A stretch of 64,000 bases of DNA, taken from positions 3,961-67,960 of IMG/VR virus record IMGVR_UViG_3300003323_000052; one strand, 5' to 3'. The notes beneath the pieces are model-generated. The model had not been told where the DNA came from, searched no databases, and was given only the letters and a program-made list of their open reading frames with translations. How positions within the stretch are numbered: the first letter of the stretch is position 1; each line of letters opens with the position of its first letter. The stretch is from a virus. Of the stretch, positions 39,172 to 49,033 are shown piece by piece. The position numbers were made by a program, and so were the translations under genes.

Positions 39172-39444
39172 TTACTCCTTACTGTGTTGGGGGATGGCGC
39201 GCTCAGCATCCGAGTAGAAATCATCGGAGTTGTGGACAACGCCGTTCATGTCCTTGAAGCGCGCAATATCGCCGATGTGAGTAACATCAAGCATTCCCAT
39301 TACATCAATTCGGACAAGGCCCGTTTGAACTTCGATATCGTGCACCGGCCACCACCAGTTATCTCCTGCTGATCCCCACCTCTGTGCAAGGAATGGCTGC
39401 GATAGGCTGTTGATGTAGGCCATGTCGAGCAGGTCAGCCATCAC
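39172..39444 (-). CDS. hypothetical protein
   Basis: 90-aa ORF in the operon. Confidence 0.6.
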   Translation of the reverse strand: MMADLLDMAYINSLSQPFLAQRWGSAGDNWWWPVHDIEVQTGLVRIDVMGMLDVTHIGDIARFKDMNGVVHNSDDFYSDAERAIPQHSKE

Positions 39445-39728
39445 TCGCCCTCCACCACAGATGGAGCGGCAGGAATCGAAAGATGCTTTTCTGCCGCGAT
39501 GTCGGAGACAGTTTTTAATGCGAGGCGCAGCTCCGCAACTTGCGCTTCCAGTTCGGCGATGCGAGTCAGCGCATTTGCATAAGTCTCGCCAATCGAAAAC
39601 GCTTGCGCGGAATGATCTTGCAGTTGCTTTTCGAGTTCAGCAATGCGCACAGATTTATCAAGACCATCTTTAAAAACACGTTGAAATTGAGCCTCCAGCA
39701 TTTTGTGAACTTCGTCAATTTTGTCCAT
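39441..39728 (-). CDS. coiled-coil hypothetical protein
   Basis: RIAELE repeats; GGAG SD. Confidence 0.6.
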   Translation of the reverse strand: MDKIDEVHKMLEAQFQRVFKDGLDKSVRIAELEKQLQDHSAQAFSIGETYANALTRIAELEAQVAELRLALKTVSDIAAEKHLSIPAAPSVVEGE

Positions 39729-40074
39729 TTTCTTCTCCTAGATTTTCCCGTGCTTTTTAAGCAATGAAACTGCATTGTAGTGCGACTCTGTATCTTGCGG
39801 CCCGTATTTAACAACACGATCAAGGGCAATAAGCAATTCCTCAATCGTCTTTTCTGCTTCTTCTAGCTTAGTCGAAAGCCTTGCTGCTTTAGTACTAAAG
39901 TAATGATGTGGCTCAGTCATGCGTTCATCCCCAAAGTTGCAGCAATCGTAAAAGCAGTAGTAAGAGAATAGAAAAGCAACTCAATACCACCGAATCCTGA
40001 AAGGAAGCCAATCATAAATTCAATGATGTCTGTATCGAGATTCATGATTGCCTCCATCCATATTTTAGTGAAGA

Positions 40075-40395
40075 TCAACCTTTATAATATGCTGCGATAA
40101 GCTCGATAAAACATTTCAATTCAGCGTCATAGCCGGTTGCACTGTAAATATTTTCACGGCTTTCCGAAATTGATGCGAATCTTCCACCAGACATGCTAAC
40201 GATATTGCCAATGAATACACCATTTAAAACTACCGTATAGTTGCGTTTATTGTTGAAGCTTCTGGTAGCGCTTGCGCCAGGCATGTCGCAAATGATATCA
40301 GTAGTATCAATCTGCCAGCCATTTACCAATGCAAAACCAGCGGTAATGCCTTTGTGCGTAATCTGTTCTGCAAGCTTGATTTCCATTTTATTCAC
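40075..40395 (-). CDS. hypothetical protein
   Basis: 106 aa, downstream of a predicted promoter. Confidence 0.6.
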   Translation of the reverse strand: MNKMEIKLAEQITHKGITAGFALVNGWQIDTTDIICDMPGASATRSFNNKRNYTVVLNGVFIGNIVSMSGGRFASISESRENIYSATGYDAELKCFIELIAAYYKG

Positions 40396-40426
40396 CTTTG
40401 TTTAGATGTGCAACCTCTATGGCTTA

Positions 40427-40454
40427 ACTATAGCACAGAAAACGCATTGCGCAA
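40427..40454 (-). promoter_or_regulatory. sigma70-type promoter
   Basis: TTGCGC-16nt-TATAGT with extended TG; shares AAACTTGC.CAA...TGTGCTAT with 4289-4320. Confidence 0.55.
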
Positions 40455-40456
40455 GT

Positions 40457-40993
40457 TTAATATTCAAGTTCGTTGCCGCGATTTAGCTTTGAGCGCATAA
40501 GTTGCGATGATTTTGCCACAGGATTTTCGCAAGTGTTGCTATAAACGAAAGGGATATCTGTGTCCAAATCATCAAATTTTGGCGCTGGCTTAGGGGCAGG
40601 TCGCGGCGCTGGCGCAGCTTGACTTGCTTGCTGTCGTGGCGCAGGTTGTTGCTGTTGTTGAGAATCTGCATCGCCGCGCTTATCGAGCATTTGCATACTC
40701 TCTGCGATGATTTCAGTAGAGTATTTTTCAATTCCGTCTTTATCTTGGTACTTGCGCGTCTGGAGACGACCTTCGATATACACGCTGCTACCCTTAGTCA
40801 GGAATTGACCGGCAATCTCCGCAAGTCGTCCAAAGAATGAGACGCGATGCCATTCTGTAATCGGCTCCTTGTCTTTTGGCTTGTAACTAGTAGCTACTGC
40901 AATATTCGCAATTGCATCGCCGCTTGGCATATATCGAACTTCTGGATCACGACCCAAATTTCCCACGAGAATTACGCGATTTACCGAAGCCAT
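40457..40993 (-). CDS. ssb: single-stranded DNA-binding protein
   Basis: [21 protein letters not shown]...TEWHRV...EGRLQTRKY...DIPF followed by an extension. Confidence 0.95.
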   Translation of the reverse strand: MASVNRVILVGNLGRDPEVRYMPSGDAIANIAVATSYKPKDKEPITEWHRVSFFGRLAEIAGQFLTKGSSVYIEGRLQTRKYQDKDGIEKYSTEIIAESMQMLDKRGDADSQQQQQPAPRQQASQAAPAPRPAPKPAPKFDDLDTDIPFVYSNTCENPVAKSSQLMRSKLNRGNELEY

Positions 40994-40994
40994 A

Positions 40995-41297
40995 TCAAAC
41001 CTCTTTCTTAACTTTTAGATACACAGGCCATTTATCCTTAGGTATGCCCGCCAACCTTCTTAATTCTTGAATTGATAGCTCTGGATGATTATCGAGAATA
41101 TGTACCATTAATCCAGAACCAATTACTAAAATCTTATGCTCAATCTTCCAAATAGTGGAAGGAGATACATTTAACTTTAATGCCAGCCCGTGCGCGCTTT
41201 TCGTGCTGTATTTCTCATGAAGGAAATTCAATAACCGATTCGGCGTGTATTGTGGGCTATGTAAAATAGCCTCTTCAGTCGTTGATAGCTTTTTCAT
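40995..41297 (-). CDS. HTH DNA-binding protein (paralog 1)
   Basis: YTPNRLL...[17 protein letters not shown]...[11 protein letters not shown]. Confidence 0.75.
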   Translation of the reverse strand: MKKLSTTEEAILHSPQYTPNRLLNFLHEKYSTKSAHGLALKLNVSPSTIWKIEHKILVIGSGLMVHILDNHPELSIQELRRLAGIPKDKWPVYLKVKKEV

Positions 41298-41595
41298 TGC
41301 TTTTCTTTGCTCGCTTTTTGCCCGGTCGAAAATCCATAGGAAGCCCTGAAAGCTTACGAATTTCTTGCAGTGAAATATCAGGGAAATAATCCATGATAAG
41401 AATCATAATCCCTGCTGGCAATACAATCCTCTTTGCCTCGATGTCATAAAGCGTAGAGGGCGATAAACCAAATAGCGCAGCAAGCCTATTGCTTCGCATA
41501 ATGCCTGCTTTCTCCCTAACGTAATTCAACAGCCGATTAGGCGTATATGTCGGGCTTTTCAGCATCTTTTCTACATCTGTTTCAATAGCATTCAT
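41275..41595 (-). CDS. HTH DNA-binding protein (paralog 2)
   Basis: YTPNRLL...LAALFGLSPSTLYDIE...ISLQEIRKLSG. Confidence 0.75.
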   Translation of the reverse strand: MNAIETDVEKMLKSPTYTPNRLLNYVREKAGIMRSNRLAALFGLSPSTLYDIEAKRIVLPAGIMILIMDYFPDISLQEIRKLSGLPMDFRPGKKRAKKSNEKAIND

Positions 41596-42111
41596 TTACC
41601 AATCTCGCAAACGTTTTGACTTAAGTTCCTCTTTAATTTCTTCGGCAATGCCGGGGCGCGTGTCTTGCTTTTCCGTTGACTCAATAATTGGCGCTGCTGA
41701 CGAACGACAATTAATAGTCCCAAGTCCACTTGCAAAATTAGCCGAGAATGTTTGAATCCATACGCCACCAGAATAAACCCTAGTCTCTGTCTGAGATAGG
41801 TCATATAGAGTTACATAATCCCCGTCAACAACATCTGTGTAACCGCTTTGACCAAGCTCCCATAGTGCATCAGATTCTGCCCATTGCGAATATCCGCTAG
41901 CGCTAATCGTTACTGGATCGCGCTTTGTCGTTGCTGGCCCATTAGATGTGATGCTGCTGAAGCCTTGATTCATGTAAGCCTTGCATATAGGGTCATGAAT
42001 AACAGATATAGGGATATAGTGATATGTCCTATTATCAGCATTGATAAATTCTGCGTAAGTAAATTTGCACTTGCATCCCAATGAATGAAGGCGGCTAGTA
42101 GCACAACTCAT
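41596..42111 (-). CDS. hypothetical protein
   Basis: 171-aa ORF abutting neighbours. Confidence 0.55.
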   Translation of the reverse strand: MSCATSRLHSLGCKCKFTYAEFINADNRTYHYIPISVIHDPICKAYMNQGFSSITSNGPATTKRDPVTISASGYSQWAESDALWELGQSGYTDVVDGDYVTLYDLSQTETRVYSGGVWIQTFSANFASGLGTINCRSSAAPIIESTEKQDTRPGIAEEIKEELKSKRLRDW

Positions 42112-42113
42112 AT

Positions 42114-42760
42114 TTAAACTCTCCTATGCGCGCAACCATAACAAGCCTTATCGTCACTTACTTCGATATATTGACAATCAATACTCAAAACATGATAGAC
42201 CTTAACCCATTTAGCAGAGCCGCGAACCATATTGCCGCTTCCATCTTTGAATTCATGGTATCCATCTTGCGCAAAATACCAAGACTCTGACGTAGGGCGC
42301 TCACGACCATTGCAGCCGTATCTGTGTTCATTTGCCTTCATCACCAGCTTCCATAAGCATTAAGCGCTTTAACCAATTCATCGTGACAGCCAAACGTTTT
42401 AATATTTGCCTTGATATCGCTTTTAGTCATCCATAGCCACTCGCCATCTGGGTCAATCTCAACTCTTGCGGCTGCCACATCGCGTATTGCGCGACGATTA
42501 TTAAACTCAACGAATCTGAAATATGGCTCCATTTATTCAATCTCCATCAAAGGCATTGCATCAGTTGTAAATGTCCTGCAAATCCTATCTCCGTGCATTG
42601 AATCAAATAGGTCAATAATCAAATCTTGATCCACGTAGCACAACATATCAGCACTATCATTATTCGTCACGATCATCGTATATTGACCATTATCGTTACT
42701 CCAGCAACTAAAGAAATGGCCGCTAAACTCAAACTCGCAGACTTCGTTTTTATTATCCAT
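42114..42760 (-). other. three short hypothetical genes (42114-42344, 42341-42532, 42533-42760)
   Basis: abutting minus-strand ORFs. Confidence 0.6.
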
Positions 42761-43151
42761 ATGTTAGCCTAACGTTGTTTTGTGCGCAGAAGCTTTTTGC
42801 GTATTCAATCAAACTTGATCCCCTTGCCTTCGACATAGTTGCTGACGATTCACGAAGATTTACCAATTCACCCTCTAATCCTCGCACAATCTCTGTTTGA
42901 GTATTTGTTGCAATGCAATGAGCGCTGATTATCAAAAGTTTCCATTCTTCTAACTTCCTTTCAACTCCTCCCCATTTTAAACCAGATTTTTCAAGGTCAC
43001 CGCATATCGCATGGAAACAAGCATTCATGCTGAGAGTTCTAACTGGTTCCTCAAACTTAACAACAACACCATCTTTCGCCTCGCTGCAAAATGCGGCGGC
43101 ATTGCGCCTAGCTTGCTCATGCGCGAGGATAAAGCGTTTAATTAGTGCCAT
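42753..43151 (-). CDS. ninB: NinB/Orf-family recombination protein
   Basis: RTLSMNACFHA, EEWK, GLEGELVNLRESSATMSK...LIEY. Confidence 0.85.
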   Translation of the reverse strand: MALIKRFILAHEQARRNAAAFCSEAKDGVVVKFEEPVRTLSMNACFHAICGDLEKSGLKWGGVERKLEEWKLLIISAHCIATNTQTEIVRGLEGELVNLRESSATMSKARGSSLIEYAKSFCAQNNVRLTYG

Positions 43152-43156
43152 TGTAT

Positions 43157-43474
43157 TTATTGCTGTCCGAGTGCTTTTAAAATTACAGAGCGAGCCCATT
43201 TAACGCATGGCCGATCTTCTCCCCATGCTTCAGCGCCACATTGTGTAATTTCCTGCAATGCATCCAATAAGTCAGGTGCAGCAGCAATCAGAGTAGCATT
43301 TGCACGTTGAATATCGACCAATTCACTAGATACAGTTTCCGCAATCAACGACGCAACATCGGAGTAATGCTCGGTATAAGGAGCGCCTTCCTGTTGAGAA
43401 ATGTAGAATCGCGTATCTCCGAATTGCTCCCAATCCGAAAACTTCCAAGGTCCGGGAGTGAATTTATTTGTCAT
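43157..43474 (-). CDS. conserved phage protein
   Basis: FTPGPW...ANATLIAAAPDLLDAL. Confidence 0.75.
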   Translation of the reverse strand: MTNKFTPGPWKFSDWEQFGDTRFYISQQEGAPYTEHYSDVASLIAETVSSELVDIQRANATLIAAAPDLLDALQEITQCGAEAWGEDRPCVKWARSVILKALGQQ

Positions 43475-44216
43475 TTTTAAACCTCTCGCTCTCAATATGA
43501 TGCTCTTCGCAAATTTTATCCATCACCTTATATAGATACTTCTGCGCAATATCCAGTTTCAAATACATCTTCTTTTCAAGTACCATATCTCGCTTATATG
43601 TGATGCTTGTAATTCTAAGCGATGGGTCGATATGTGAAACTTTGTGAATCTCGATTGGTTCCCATTTGATTAGATCGTCTGGTGTATCGAGCATGACATG
43701 GACTACCTCGTGCTCTTGCTCATCCCATAATGAGAGGTATCCGCGCCCTTGCCATTCGTACGTCGTATCGTGACAATCCTCGCTAAGCGCCGGAAACGTG
43801 TCTAGCGACCAAGAAACCTTCGTATCAATCGTTTTTACGCCTTTGTGCCATATATCACACTCCCCCGTCAAATAATCGTTTGTGCGCCGTTCTGTGTTCT
43901 TTTCGTACCGCTTAAATCGACGGTGATTAATGAACTGGATTGCTTCTGCCTCAAGCCTAATTCCCTTTTCTAGATATCGATTGTCAATCTCTTTTCGATA
44001 TCCGAAAATTATTTCCTTGGCGATATTCTTGATATAAGTTTTTGCTCCAGCCGACAAGCTCATATCCTTATACGGCTGCAATATCAATTTTTCATCGTCA
44101 GTCTTTTTAGTCTTTTTTACGAGTCCGTGCAATTCTTTTGGCAGAATCTCCAAATCAATTGATTGCGCATCGCCCATTAGTGAGCCAATGCTAGATGGGT
44201 GAAATTTAATCGGCAT
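43464..44216 (-). CDS. YqaJ/lambda-exo-like exonuclease
   Basis: KG..LE..AI, LTGECDI, IDTKVSW, YEWQGRGY. Confidence 0.8.
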   Translation of the reverse strand: MPIKFHPSSIGSLMGDAQSIDLEILPKELHGLVKKTKKTDDEKLILQPYKDMSLSAGAKTYIKNIAKEIIFGYRKEIDNRYLEKGIRLEAEAIQFINHRRFKRYEKNTERRTNDYLTGECDIWHKGVKTIDTKVSWSLDTFPALSEDCHDTTYEWQGRGYLSLWDEQEHEVVHVMLDTPDDLIKWEPIEIHKVSHIDPSLRITSITYKRDMVLEKKMYLKLDIAQKYLYKVMDKICEEHHIESERFKNDK

Positions 44217-44527
44217 TTAAATTAGTCTTACGTAAATCAGTGAAATGGCACGTTTCCCATTTCCAAAAAATATACCAGTTTGAATAGATTTTCCGTCGTT
44301 GAATTTAAAGAAAAAAGTGAATGGCCCGAAACGTTTTCTCATTTAACTGCCCTCAATTAATTTAATAAGCCCATCATGGAATGATTGAGCTTCAATGTCA
44401 TCATTGAAGCTCCAATAAAACTCATGACTATTAACCATTGTCACGCGAACTCCAAAATAATTAACCATGGCAACGGAACAAATATGAGCAACATTGATAT
44501 ATGTTCCTAATGGATGCTGAATCATAC

Positions 44528-45199
44528 TTATTTCGCTAACTCCTTTTCAAGATCAGCAAGCGCAATCTCTTGATCTACTGTAAGCGCATAGAATCCACGC
44601 ATTGAAACTGCATCATAGTCGCCGGAGCGAATCGAATCAAGTGCAAGTGCAAATTCCTCGCGGCTGATTTCGTGCTTTTGCGGTTCTTTTGGCGTGATGT
44701 CGATTTCACGCGGAGACATTACGACAGGCGGCAAGTCCTGAGCCTCTTCTACCGACAGCATTCCACCAATAGCGCCGGGGAATACTGCCCGCACACCTTC
44801 TGCAATGCAACGAGCGCGAAGCATTGCTTGCGGATACTTCTTCCATACATCTTTGTCTGCAATGCCAGCCTTTTGCGCTTGCTGCACCGTCCATTCGACG
44901 CGCAGGGAACCGCCTTGCTTATGGGAGAACACACCAGCCGCACGAGTTTGCGTTACCTCTTCCCACGCTACAGTGCCGCCCGCCGCTTGGAATCGAGCCA
45001 AAATGGAATGCGTCTTACGCGCAGGACGACCTTGAACAATATCAAAGTCCTGAATAGCGGTCATAGGATGACACCCCTCAGCTTGAGCAAGAAGCATAAG
45101 GCTCATGGCCTGAGATTCGTCTTTCGCCCCGAATAACTTAGAGCGAACGATATAGCTTGCCATACTTTCCATTTCGCTAAATGGTACTAGGTTACTCAT
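44528..45199 (-). CDS. RecT/Red-beta-like ssDNA annealing protein
   Basis: IVQGRP, AQKAG...WKKYPQAMLRARC....R.VFP; next to the exonuclease. Confidence 0.8.
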   Translation of the reverse strand: MSNLVPFSEMESMASYIVRSKLFGAKDESQAMSLMLLAQAEGCHPMTAIQDFDIVQGRPARKTHSILARFQAAGGTVAWEEVTQTRAAGVFSHKQGGSLRVEWTVQQAQKAGIADKDVWKKYPQAMLRARCIAEGVRAVFPGAIGGMLSVEEAQDLPPVVMSPREIDITPKEPQKHEISREEFALALDSIRSGDYDAVSMRGFYALTVDQEIALADLEKELAK

Positions 45200-45278
45200 T
45201 TACATATCCTTTGTGATATTTAATTTTGCTGATTTTTATTAAATTTATGTTTTTTTGCTTTCGCAATTGATGGTACTT

Positions 45279-45440
45279 TTGACATCCTGCCTACTAGTTA
45301 GCGCAGGCATCCTACAGCGTCATGCGAAAATTCGCTGATCGCTTCGGCGGGTTCCTGTTTCACGGAGTGGCCTTGCTGCACCATCTCTCCACAGGCTAAC
45401 ACGCGATGTCCTCGCGCTAAAATATTGATCGAACCAACTA
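45279..45440 (-). ncRNA. predicted TnpB omegaRNA scaffold / IS right end (5' limit approximate)
   Basis: tnpB 3' end followed by GTAGGATGCCTGC...GTAGGCAGGATGTCAA ending in TCAA; predicted guide 45278-45259. Confidence 0.6.
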
Positions 45441-46536
45441 CGTCGGCGTTATTTTCGTAACCGCAATTTATACACAAAAATTTAGCTTGTGTTTTTCGAT
45501 TGTCTTTTGATACATGGTCACAGCATGGGCAAGTTTGGCTAGTATATTGCGCAGGAACCTTTAAAAGCATTCCTCCGTTCCATGCTAGCTTGTATTCTAG
45601 TTGTCTATAAAACTCGCCCCATCCTTGATCCAATATAGCACGATTGAGGCCGGATTTCTGGCGCACATTTTTACCATGCTTTTCCTTATTGCCTTTAGCC
45701 GATTTCGACATATTCATTATCTGCAAATCTTCAACGCAGACGAGCGCGTGGTTTTTACTGATCGCTGATGTGGCTTTGTGCAGAAAGTCTTTTCTAGCAT
45801 TGGCAATATGAGTATGAAGCTTTGTTACTCGTTTCTTTGCTTTCTTCCAATTGTTACTGAATTTTACTTTGCGGCTCATGCGGCGCTGGTAACGCGCAAG
45901 ACGTTTTTGATACTTCTTAAAGCTGTTGAGTGGTTCTATAAAACTCCCATCGCTCATAGTAGCGAACCGAGAAATACCAAGATCGATACCGATTGCTGTT
46001 GCCGAAGATGGAATAGGTTGCTCTATTTCTTGTTGCGTCAAAACCAAAACAAACCATTTACCGGCAGATTTACTTATAGTGGCGTTGCGAATCTCCCCAA
46101 TAATATCGCGGCTTTTTCGATAACGAAGCCATCCAAGCTTTAGCAAAAAAATTCGTTCATTAACTTGATCGAGTTTAATCTTTTTTTTATCAGGATAGCG
46201 AAAGCTATCACCACTGCTTTTTAGCTTGAATTTTGGGAATTCAGCACGTTTGGAGAAAAAATTCTTATATGCCTTTTCCAAGTCTTTTAATTTCTGTTGC
46301 AATGGATGGCATGGCGCATTCTTCAGCCACGGAATTTCAGCACTATTGCGCCATTCAGTCAAATGTTTTGCCATTGTGAAATAGCTGATAAATTCACCTC
46401 CATTCTCGTAATTCTCTTTTTGCATCGCAAGAGCCTTGTTATATACGAACCGGCACGCGCCAGCGAACTGGCGCATTTTCCGCTCTTGTTCGCCAGTCGG
46501 CATCAGTTCAAATTTAAAGGCTTGTATACGTTTCAT
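45298..46536 (-). CDS. tnpB: IS200/IS605-family RNA-guided endonuclease TnpB (IS609-like)
   Basis: MKRIQAFKFEL, FAGACRFVYN, RuvC GIDLG / VEDL / NADV, Zn finger CPCC...CINC. Confidence 0.95.
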   Translation of the reverse strand: MKRIQAFKFELMPTGEQERKMRQFAGACRFVYNKALAMQKENYENGGEFISYFTMAKHLTEWRNSAEIPWLKNAPCHPLQQKLKDLEKAYKNFFSKRAEFPKFKLKSSGDSFRYPDKKKIKLDQVNERIFLLKLGWLRYRKSRDIIGEIRNATISKSAGKWFVLVLTQQEIEQPIPSSATAIGIDLGISRFATMSDGSFIEPLNSFKKYQKRLARYQRRMSRKVKFSNNWKKAKKRVTKLHTHIANARKDFLHKATSAISKNHALVCVEDLQIMNMSKSAKGNKEKHGKNVRQKSGLNRAILDQGWGEFYRQLEYKLAWNGGMLLKVPAQYTSQTCPCCDHVSKDNRKTQAKFLCINCGYENNADVVGSINILARGHRVLACGEMVQQGHSVKQEPAEAISEFSHDAVGCLR

Positions 46537-46548
46537 ATTAAATTGACA

Positions 46549-48572
46549 CTACTTTACTTTCTTTATTAAGTTTTCAAGCCGCTTAAGGCTCACATCCATC
46601 CTAGCCAAAGCAAAGCACAAGCTTAGCGTAGGAATCCCTTTGCGCCAGTAATAATAAGTACTGACGATAATTTGTAGAATAGCACGCATCGCATTAAGCC
46701 GCTTCTTTAAGCTGTTGTTTTTCCATCGTTCGATTCCGACGTTCTTGAATCTTGTCGTAAATCGGCTTTTTCCATTTCAGCAATTTTTCTTCGCGCTGAC
46801 CAGAGACATAGCCCAATCCTTCTAGCGCGATATCAAAAATCTTAACTTGGCGCAAATTCAAGTTTTCCGATTGCTCGCAAATCTTAACAATCTTCTCAAG
46901 TGCTTTTCTGCTTTCGTATGTCATTTTCTGTCTCCTTATGCTTCATTCCAATATTTATCTCTATTGGTTCTGATGCTTTCTGAGCCATCATATTCCGAAA
47001 TGTAAAACATAGTTCCTTGCTCGATCCAGCAAAGTTCGATATCGTGAATGCCACCTTGATATGCATCTGGATACTTACTGCTAGTAACATCAGAAAGCTT
47101 TTTAATTCCACCATCAAGAAAAGCCTCAACCAAGTCACGGTCATAAGCCATTTCTGGCTCCCCCCATGTACTCCAACCAGCTCCAAATCCCGGCGAATAA
47201 AGCACGTCAATGCAACCATCTTTAATATATTTCTCAGTCATTTCGCGCTCCTCATTTCCTGTTGTTTAACCTGTTCCCTGTAATCCAGCGTCCCAACGCA
47301 TGCATACAATGCAAATAGAATAATTAGCGCTGGAATGGCTGCTTTGAAGTTATTCATCCTCAATCTCCATTTCATCACGAAGATAGCCAATAAGATATCC
47401 CGGATTGATTACCACGATACGAGACGTGCTAAAGCTTCCTCGCTCCGAATAATAATCTTGACTTTGCGTCAGAACATCATGGGATTCCGTGCTTCGCTCT
47501 ATTGCGCTAATCAATACCTCACAATCCGAGCGTTTCATCAGAACCCCCGTGCAGTACGTTGCTTCTTAGTCCGGATATTCCGCGCCTGTTCGATTTCTTG
47601 CCGGAATTGCGAGCCTTCGTAAATTACCTTTGCTGGCAATTTCTGCTCTGCGCCAATTTGTCGAGCCAGTTTTCGCGCTGGTGAGTTTTTAAGTTTCATT
47701 TTCATTCCCCTAGTCTTTTATAGAATTCATATTGCTCTGGACTTACGCGGCACTTTCCAGTGCCTTCACAAGAACTGCATTTTGGACTGCCATTACTATC
47801 ATAACGCCCCGATCCGTTGCAAGCAACGCACTTAACAAGTTTCCATCCCAATACATTTTTCTCTTTGTGCGCTTTCCTTTCTGCTTTACGCTCATGAAAT
47901 GTACTCATCGCGTACTCCCATTCAAATACCAGCCGAGTTGCCTACGGATTTCTTCTGGCGATTTTGGCGGATTAGTTTCTGTCTTACGTTGCTGCATGTA
48001 TTCGCGTACTTGCTCTTTGGTTGGCTTGTTCATGATAATCCCCTATTTAGTTATTTGAAGTTCCGTGAATTCATATTACACGATATCCAGCATAACGCAA
48101 GATCTAACTAAAAATTATTTGCGCGAGAGCATTTCTGCAACAAAAACGAACACAACAATTATCCCAAGAATGCCAATCGCAAATACAACAGGTAGCCAAA
48201 ACGGCGCAAGAACCCACAGCCAAGACCATTGCGCGATATCGGTGACACCTGCGAGTTTCAAGATTACAAAGACGCATCCCATCAGGCTAAAAAGTGGGAT
48301 GCTGAGCTTGGTTGTCTTTTCTTTGCTCATTGATTAGCCTTTTTATTCTCGATTTCAGCAAGATTCTTTCGTGCAAAGTGAGCGAGCAAGTTTTGTCCGT
48401 ATGCCCCGCGAATCTTCCCACTGCCAGCACGACGAAGATTTTCACGCAACTGTGCGCGAGTACCGTATTTACCGCCATTGTTTGCCTGATAGTTCAGACG
48501 ATTGATTGCTTCATTATCAAATGCGCGGCGCACTTTATAGTCTGCAAATGATTCGTTTTCTTTTCGTTGCAT
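46549..48572 (-). other. short early genes including 46694-46924, 46936-47241 (VLYSPGFGAGWSTW family), 47350-47538, 47702-47908 (CxxCxGxG Zn finger), 48115-48330 (membrane), 48327-48572
   Basis: abutting minus-strand ORFs with SD sequences. Confidence 0.65.
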
Positions 48573-48589
48573 TATCTGTCCTTAGTATT

Positions 48590-48730
48590 TATGGGTTGAC
48601 GGTTGGCTCCGTCAGCTACCGACTTCATAGCGCCTTCTTGCTCATATTGCCCGCGCATTGCTCAATCTATTTTGGATAACTCCCACTGAGTCAAGGAGCC
48701 GCAAGAGAGTATTTCTACTTTCAATCCATA
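48590..48730 (-). ncRNA. tRNA-like structured unit B
   Basis: closing stem UAUGGAUU/AACCCAUA, AGUA-GAAA-UACU hairpin, long central stem, UGACGG-AGCCAA-CCGUCA arm. Confidence 0.4.
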
Positions 48731-48757
48731 TTCATGCACGTCTGTGGTTATAACCAC

Positions 48758-48912
48758 ATTGAAGCGGGCTAGGGCGTCAATCCTAGCTGGGGGCAGTACT
48801 TCCGGCTAGTTCGCGTGTTGCTAGGGATGCCTCCCATATTCGCAACTTTGTTGAACTCATTGCACATGCTGCTTTAGCCTCGCGTGTCTACATTCCACGC
48901 CGCCGCTTCAAT
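48758..48912 (-). ncRNA. tRNA-like structured unit A (not a canonical tRNA)
   Basis: 10-bp closing stem AUUGAAGCGG/CCGCUUCAAU, D-arm-like GCGU-GGAAUGUAGAC-ACGC, T-arm-like GCUAGG-AUUGACGC-CCUAGC, central domain of about 95 nt. Confidence 0.55.
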
Positions 48913-48953
48913 CTAGTTTCTGCGTTCTTACCCGACACAGATTGGGTAAACAC

Positions 48954-49033
48954 CACCTTAGAGCTTGCTATTAATCGCCAACTGTGGTGACTAGAACACA
49001 GGGTTCCCCCGACCAATAGCAAGCTTTAAGGTG
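48954..49033. repeat. long inverted repeat (RNase III-like stem)
   Basis: CACCTTAGAGCTTGCTATT / AATAGCAAGCTTTAAGGTG, 18 of 19 complementary. Confidence 0.8.

Noticed and set aside
43578-43586. 9-nt match to the TnpB guide inside the exonuclease gene
   Set aside because: A 9-mer is expected by chance in 128 kb of both strands, and the match does not extend
48758-48912. Canonical tRNA or tmRNA call
   Set aside because: No TTC T-loop, no 7-nt anticodon loop, no CCA; too short for tmRNA and no tag ORF evident
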